Source of the DNA: an uncultured Myxococcales bacterium
Lineage (GTDB): Bacteria > Myxococcota_A > UBA9042 > CAIXZC01
Reading direction: 5' to 3'
Length of the DNA: 64,000 nt
NCBI GenBank assembly: GCA_964593355.1
Contig: CAZQHM010000002.1
Coordinates: 99,747 to 163,746, forward strand
Shown: piece by piece, positions 59,335 to 64,000 of the stretch
How the letters are laid out: every line of letters begins with the position of its first letter
Numbering within the stretch: position 1 is the stretch's first letter
Made by a program: the position numbers and the translations under genes
The notes under the pieces: model-generated
Databases searched by the model: none
The model's input: the letters and a program-made list of their open reading frames with translations, nothing else
What the model was told of the DNA's origin: nothing

Positions 59335-60705
59335 ATGAAAACCATCATTGAACCCTTCAAAATCAAAATGGTCGAGCCCATTCGAATGACCACCAGGGAG
59401 CAGCGCGTTGAACTCATCAAGTCCGTTGGCTATAACCCCTTCCTGCTCAAATCCGATGACGTGCTCATAGACCTCCTCACCGACTCCGGCACCTCCTCCA
59501 TGTCCGATAAGCAGTGGGCCGCCATGATGATGGGCGATGAGGCCTATGCCGGCGGACGCTCCTTCTTCGATTTCGAACGAGTCGTCAAAGAGATCACCGG
59601 CTACCAATATGTCATCCCCACGCACCAGGGCCGAGCCGCAGAGAGAATCCTCTTCTCCGTAGTGGTCAATCCCGGTGATGTCATCCCCAACAACACCCAC
59701 TTCGATACCACCAGGGCCAACATCGAACACAACAAGGCCGACCCCGTCGACCTCGTCACCGCCGATGGCTCCAACCCGGAAACAGACCTCCCCTTCAAAG
59801 GAAACATCGACCTCGATGCCGTAGAGAAGCTGCTGGCCACCACCGACCACAGCAAAATCCCTATGGGTATGATCACCGTCACCAACAACGCCTCAGGTGG
59901 ACAGCCCGTCTCCATGGAGAACATCAAGGCCCTCTCGAAGCTGCTGCACGATAACGGCATCCCCCTTATCTTCGACGCCTGCCGGTTCGCCGAAAACGCC
60001 TACTTCATTAAGATGAGAGAGCCGGGCTACGCCCATAAGACCATCAAAGAAATTGCCCAGGAGATGTTCTCCTACGGCGACGGCGCTACCATGTCCTGCA
60101 AGAAGGACGCCTTCGCAAACATGGGCGGATTCCTGGCACTGAACAATACCCAGTGGGCCGATAAGGCCAGGGCAATGCTCATCCTCACCGAGGGCTTCCC
60201 AACATACGGTGGCCTCTCTGGCAGAGACCTGGCCGCTATTGCCCAGGGTCTCGAAGAGATCCTCGACGAAGACTACATGCAGTATCGCATTGCCTCCACC
60301 AGATACCTCGGGGAACACCTGGTGAAGGCCGGCGTGCCCATCTTCAATCCCCCGGGCGGCCACGCCATATACGTTGATGCCCGAAGGCTCCTTCCACATA
60401 TCCCGGCCCACCAGTTCCCCGGCCAGGCCCTCTGCGTAGAAATGTACGTCGAGGGCGGCATCCGTGCCGTGGAGATCGGCTCCGTCATGTTCGGTAAGTG
60501 GGGCCCCGATGGCTCTTTCCGCGGTGCAAGAAACGAGCTTGTTCGACTTGCTATCCCGAGGCGAGTCTACACCCAAAGCCACGTTGACTTCGTCGTGGAG
60601 GCTATGGGGAACCTGGCCCAGCGCAAAGAGGAGATCCGTGGCTTCCGGTTCCTCTACGAAGCGCCTGTGCTGCGTCACTTCACCAGCACTTTCGAGCGCA
60701 TCTGA
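59335..60705 (+). CDS. Beta-eliminating lyase of the tryptophanase/tyrosine phenol-lyase family (PLP-dependent)
   Basis: IIEPFKIKMVEPI N-terminus. DSGTSSMSDKQWAAMMMGDEAYAG. PLP lysine in MSCKKDAFAN. Conservation is high across the whole length against TnaA/TPL. Confidence 0.85.
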   Translation: MKTIIEPFKIKMVEPIRMTTREQRVELIKSVGYNPFLLKSDDVLIDLLTDSGTSSMSDKQWAAMMMGDEAYAGGRSFFDFERVVKEITGYQYVIPTHQGRAAERILFSVVVNPGDVIPNNTHFDTTRANIEHNKADPVDLVTADGSNPETDLPFKGNIDLDAVEKLLATTDHSKIPMGMITVTNNASGGQPVSMENIKALSKLLHDNGIPLIFDACRFAENAYFIKMREPGYAHKTIKEIAQEMFSYGDGATMSCKKDAFANMGGFLALNNTQWADKARAMLILTEGFPTYGGLSGRDLAAIAQGLEEILDEDYMQYRIASTRYLGEHLVKAGVPIFNPPGGHAIYVDARRLLPHIPAHQFPGQALCVEMYVEGGIRAVEIGSVMFGKWGPDGSFRGARNELVRLAIPRRVYTQSHVDFVVEAMGNLAQRKEEIRGFRFLYEAPVLRHFTSTFERI

Positions 60706-60737
60706 AACCCCTAACCCTACACTGCGACCAGGTGAAC

Positions 60738-61493
60738 ATGTTCGCTCTGATTACCAATGACGACGGAATCGGCGCCCCGGGAATCAAGGCCCTCGAAGAA
60801 GCTGCTCGCCAGGTCTTCGAGGAGGTGCTGGTAGTTGCCCCCAAAGGGCAGGCCAGCGCAATAAGCCACGCCATAACCCTCAATCGCTCCTTCCGCCTCT
60901 TTCGGCAGGACGAGAGCCACGTGGCCTTGGAAGCCTACCCCGCTGACTGCGTCTTCTTCGCCCTCCGAGAACTCTGCCACAAACAACCCGACGTGGTGCT
61001 CTCCGGTATCAATATGGGGCCCAATCTGGGATACGACACCCTCTACTCGGGCACCGTGGCCGGCGCCCGCGAAGGTGCCATGAGCGGCATTGCCTCCCTG
61101 GCGTTCTCGCTGGCCGGTATGCCACCTGATTTCCCCTTCGACATGACCATCCCCCATGTCATCCGAATTCTTCAACTGGTCAAACGCTTCGGTTTGCCCC
61201 CGGAAACACTCCTCAATGTCAATCTCCCGGCACCGGAGATATTCGGAGACCCGAAAGGCTTTCGCTTCTGCCACCTCGGCCGCCGTGTCTTCGATAACGC
61301 CACAGCTGTCTTCAAAGACCCCATGGGCGGTGAACATGGCTGGATCGGAGGCCGCAACTTCGTCATGGCCGGAGATGAGGGGTCGGATTGCCACGCCATG
61401 AAGAATGGCTACATCACCCTCTCTTCCCTCACATGGAACATGAGCAGCGCTCCTCTCCCCGAAGTGGACTCCTGGGAGAGAGCCCTCAACTGA
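60738..61493 (+). CDS. surE: 5'/3'-nucleotidase SurE
   Basis: MFALITNDDGIGAPGI signature. AGGTGA RBS. Confidence 0.85.
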   Translation: MFALITNDDGIGAPGIKALEEAARQVFEEVLVVAPKGQASAISHAITLNRSFRLFRQDESHVALEAYPADCVFFALRELCHKQPDVVLSGINMGPNLGYDTLYSGTVAGAREGAMSGIASLAFSLAGMPPDFPFDMTIPHVIRILQLVKRFGLPPETLLNVNLPAPEIFGDPKGFRFCHLGRRVFDNATAVFKDPMGGEHGWIGGRNFVMAGDEGSDCHAMKNGYITLSSLTWNMSSAPLPEVDSWERALN

Positions 61494-61504
61494 ACGGAGA
61501 TACC

Positions 61505-62017
<513 letters not shown>

Positions 62018-62194
62018 GGAGCCTCTCCCCCTCCTCCGCCTCGGGGTTGCACCACCGCTAACCTCCTCCATGGGTTTTCGGGTGCCGTTCTCAATCCGAT
62101 GAGCCCGAGGAGAACGCCGAAGGCTGAGTTGTAACAGCCCCGTTTGCCGGTAGACAAGGCCGGGCCGGGGGCCGAACATGTGAGTCACGGAATT

Positions 62195-63148
62195 ATGACC
62201 TACTCTGACAAAGAAGCCTTCGCTCAGGCCGTCGTGGCCGGTGATGTTCGCTCCGCTGCCCGACTCATGCGGCTGGCCGATGACCGCGAACCGCTGGCTC
62301 GAGATCTCCTCTCGCTGCTCTTCCCCCACACCGGCAGAGCCCATATCGTTGGCATAACAGGCAACCCCGGTGCCGGTAAATCCAGCCTTGTTGATAACCT
62401 CATCACTTCGTGGCGAGGACGGGGCCTCTCCGTCGGCGTCGTTGCCGTTGACCCAAGCAGCCCTTTCTCCGGTGGCGCCGTTCTAGGCGATAGAATCCGC
62501 ATGATGAGACACGCCACCGACCCCGGTGTCTTCATCCGCTCCCTGGCTACCAGAGGGGCCCTGGGCGGTCTCAGCCGCTCCGCCGGCGATATCGCTACGG
62601 TCATGGATGCCATGGGCCTGGATAGAGTGCTCATCGAAACCGTAGGCGTTGGCCAGGACGAGGTTGACGTCGTCCGCATGGCCCACACCACCGTCGTAGT
62701 CATGGTGCCGGGCCTCGGCGATGAGATTCAGATTCTTAAAGCCGGCATTCTGGAGATTGCCGACATCTTCGCAGTAAACAAAGCAGACAAGCCCGGCGCC
62801 GACCGCCTCGCCATGGAGTTGCAGTCGGTGCAGCACCTGGGCACCGACCAACGCCACATCCCTATTGTCAGAACCGTTGCCACCGCCCAGGAGGGCATCG
62901 AGGAGTTGGTGGACGCTATCGAAACTCATGCTGGGCTTCTCCGAAGCAGTGGAGAACTACAAGAAAGGGACGCACGACGACTCACCCAGGCCGTATTCCA
63001 ACTGGTGCACGAAGCCGTCGATGCTGACCTGACAGAGCTGTTTGACCGCCTGAACAAAGAGAACGCCATCATCGACGAACTCCTCTCCAGAAGAAGCGCC
63101 CCCGCTACCGTCGCTCAACGACTGCTTGAACTGATCAATAAGATATAG
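62195..63148 (+). CDS. meaB: Methylmalonyl-CoA mutase-associated GTPase MeaB/ArgK family
   Basis: P-loop GITGNPGAGKSSL. AVDPSSPFSGGAVLGDRIRM switch motif. NKADK. Confidence 0.85.
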   Translation: MTYSDKEAFAQAVVAGDVRSAARLMRLADDREPLARDLLSLLFPHTGRAHIVGITGNPGAGKSSLVDNLITSWRGRGLSVGVVAVDPSSPFSGGAVLGDRIRMMRHATDPGVFIRSLATRGALGGLSRSAGDIATVMDAMGLDRVLIETVGVGQDEVDVVRMAHTTVVVMVPGLGDEIQILKAGILEIADIFAVNKADKPGADRLAMELQSVQHLGTDQRHIPIVRTVATAQEGIEELVDAIETHAGLLRSSGELQERDARRLTQAVFQLVHEAVDADLTELFDRLNKENAIIDELLSRRSAPATVAQRLLELINKI

Positions 63149-63168
63149 TGCGATTCAGTCCCCGAAAC

Positions 63169-64000
63169 CTACTCGGCTGGAGCATCCTCTGAAGGCAGCA
63201 TGTCCGCGGTGAGAAGCAACTGTCGAGCAGCTTTGGCCTCGTCAAGACGACTGAAGTGCGTCACGTGCGGAGCATTCTGCAACGACTCCGGATCACGCTC
63301 CGCCACCCCAACAATTTCCTCAAGAGCTTCAACCAGAAGATCCAGATCCTCCACGGTCTCGTTCTCTGTCGGCTCTATCATCAAAGAACCATGGATATTG
63401 ATCGGGAAGGACATGGTAGGCGGATGAATGCCCCTGTCTATAAGCCCCTTAGCAACATCCACATTAGAAACGTGATGTTTCTTCAGGTCATGGTCTGTCA
63501 CCACACACTCATGCATGCACATACGATCATGGGGAACATCAAAGAAATCCCTAATTTTTACTCGAACATAGTTAGCATTCAAGACAGCGTGTTGAGTAAC
63601 ATCCAAAATACCCTGGTTGCCCATCTCAAGGATGTAGGCATAAGCCCTTACCATAACCAGGAAGTTGCCGAAGAAGGCCCTGACCCTGCCGATTGAATCC
63701 TTGGCCTCGTAGTCCAGACGGTACTTGCCCCCCTCCTTCACGACCCTTGGCTTCGGCAGATACTTCACCAACTCACCACGGACACCCACTGGGCCGGAAC
63801 CCGGGCCGCCGCCGCCGTGAGGGGTGGAGAAGGTCTTGTGAAGATTGTAGTGCATCACATCGAAGCCCATGTCGCCCGGCCTGGCTACACCCATGAGAGC
63901 ATTCAGGTTTGCGCCGTCACAGTAGAGGAAACCTCCCTTGGCATGCACTACCTCGGCTATCTTCGCCGACTCTTCCTCGAAGAGCCCCAGAGTGTTGGGG
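63169..64000 (-). CDS. gcvPB: Glycine dehydrogenase (decarboxylating) subunit 2, C-terminal part; 5' end beyond window
   Basis: LYCDGANLNALMGVARPGDMGFDVMHYNLHKTFSTPHGGGGPG (PLP-lysine region). The frame stays open to position 64000. Confidence 0.85.
   Translation of the reverse strand, partial: PNTLGLFEEESAKIAEVVHAKGGFLYCDGANLNALMGVARPGDMGFDVMHYNLHKTFSTPHGGGGPGSGPVGVRGELVKYLPKPRVVKEGGKYRLDYEAKDSIGRVRAFFGNFLVMVRAYAYILEMGNQGILDVTQHAVLNANYVRVKIRDFFDVPHDRMCMHECVVTDHDLKKHHVSNVDVAKGLIDRGIHPPTMSFPINIHGSLMIEPTENETVEDLDLLVEALEEIVGVAERDPESLQNAPHVTHFSRLDEAKAARQLLLTADMLPSEDAPAE

Overview
This is a roughly 60% GC chromosomal segment, gene-dense on both strands and rich in lipoproteins and σ54 signals. 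Myxococcus-type cysteine-rich repeat lipoproteins suggest a delta-proteobacterial or Myxococcota-like organism, but taxonomy is inference. The ORF track appears to accept GTG/TTG starts, so many starts were re-placed using internal ATG plus Shine-Dalgarno context.

Housekeeping content: a DapL-like aminotransferase, an rRNA methyltransferase, GAPDH, an Slt70-like lytic transglycosylase, GtrA, ribosomal protein S21, a LysE-family exporter, a hybrid histidine kinase plus a receiver-GGDEF response regulator, a PBP-type transpeptidase, the Kup K+ transporter, NagB, a GH31 alpha-glucosidase with a CBM20-like module, a MoeA-like protein, malate:quinone oxidoreductase, tRNA-Asp(GTC), a tryptophanase/tyrosine phenol-lyase family lyase, SurE, Apt, MeaB and partial GcvPB. 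A ThiF–MnmA–cysteine desulfurase sulfur-relay cluster is also present.

Stand-out loci:
1. Four tandem, translationally coupled EutN/CcmL (BMC vertex-type) paralogs sit in one operon with a UPF0237 ACT protein and a UPF0210 (DUF711) protein. No BMC-H/T shell genes or signature metabolosome enzymes are in the window.
2. A 2-Cys peroxiredoxin has its peroxidatic cysteine codon replaced by in-frame TGA. An fdhF-like SECIS hairpin sits exactly 11 nt downstream, making this a predicted selenoprotein that the ORF track splits in two.
3. A σ54-associated Fe-S/metallocluster-carrier locus contains a tandem NifX-like protein, a tandem MinD/CooC–ferredoxin ATPase, an Mrp/ApbC–NifX fusion and a DUF5320-like Gly/Arg-rich protein. 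A PAS–NtrC-type activator lies next to it.
4. A family of structured GC-rich intergenic repeats with (GGCGAC)3/(GACGTC)3 cores occurs in three places. Two inverted copies bracket a low-GC gene for an 86-aa Cys/Lys-rich lipoprotein (MITE-like cassette).
5. Two secreted lipoproteins carry Myxococcus-type cysteine-rich repeats, and a 1,196-aa FG-GAP lipoprotein lies immediately upstream of the EutN operon.
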